This document shows positions 63,495 to 64,000 of a DNA stretch of 64,000 nt, piece after piece. The notes under the pieces were generated by a model that made no database searches, was not told the origin of the DNA, and worked only from the letters and a program-made list of their open reading frames with translations. The stretch's first letter is position 1. Each line of letters starts with the position of its first letter. This stretch comes from Heterodontus francisci. Taxonomy: Eukaryota. Position numbers and translations under genes: made by a program. The stretch covers positions 153,296,502-153,360,501 of the forward strand of contig NC_090374.1 of NCBI RefSeq assembly GCF_036365525.1, read 5' to 3'.

Positions 63495-63900
63495 GCTGGA
63501 CACATGCAGTCTATCACACCTTGCACCTGGGGAAATCCAGTAATAGTCCCAAATCTGATGGCCCTCTTGGCCTACTGTCAGGGTCAGTCCGGTAGTGCAC
63601 ATAGTCGCTGGCCCTCTTGAACAGGGCATTGTTAATCTCCTTTATGCAGTTGTGGGCTGCTGCCTGGGTGACCCCACGCGTGTCTGGTGGAGCTCTAGAA
63701 TGAAACACTTAAAAAAAATTTAGTTCCACAGTGATCTTCAGGGTCACTGGCATAGGGTGACCCCTGAATCCCATAGGTTGCAACTTGTCCTGCAGAAGGT
63801 GATGGCCTCCCTGGAGAGGTGTACTCTTCACTAACAATGCCGCTTTGACATTTAGAGGTAGCTGATCCAAGTCTGGTACACACTCTCTGGCGCATACGGG
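63495..63900 (-). pseudogene. Harbinger DDE transposase N-terminal remnant
   Basis: HPMPVTLKITVELNFF, TQAAAHNCIKEINNALFKRASDYVHY and GFPQVQGVIDC match the HARBI1-type GFPxVxGxIDCTH motif. The rest of the catalytic core is not visible. Confidence 0.85.
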
Positions 63901-64000
63901 CCCTTCTTGATATAGCTGGCTGCTACTGCTCTCGGTGTGGAGCTTCATGGGCAGGTGCAACTGCATCTTGGCCCTCCCTCCATTGGAGGTGCCACATGGG

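Larger units (their letters stand above)
61790..64000. mobile_element. Decayed PIF/Harbinger DNA transposon, extending past the window edge
   Basis: Convergent Myb/SANT-like gene on + and DDE transposase remnant on -, in a GC-richer block. Confidence 0.85.

Overview
Eukaryotic genomic DNA, most likely from a shark or other cartilaginous fish (inferred from HE1-type SINEs, DeuSINE/SacSINE1-like elements and abundant CR1 LINEs). The only host gene I can support is REST/NRSF on the + strand. Its three coding exons are 288-1149, 15359-15442 and 27822-29866, joined by phase-1 GT-AG introns into a 996-aa protein. That protein has the Sin3-binding motif, eight clustered C2H2 fingers, a Lys-rich region, a tandem-repeat region, both beta-TrCP degrons and the C-terminal finger. 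An AT-rich putative 3'UTR follows. Almost everything else is transposon-derived: CR1, RTE and L2 LINEs (often nested, some with readable target-site duplications), several SINE families, Penelope-type termini and a decayed Harbinger transposon at the right edge. I cannot demonstrate a new biological system. The best leads are REST-truncating or REST-modifying cassette-exon candidates: a CR1-derived poison exon at 10234-10279, a segment resembling the mammalian neural exon N at about 22275-22300, and a strong donor at 22223. Secondary leads are an RTE family with shared lesions and a long unexplained 5' extension, and a pre-miRNA-sized hairpin in the putative 3'UTR. Repeat family names and mammalian reference sequences are from memory, and most repeat boundaries are approximate.
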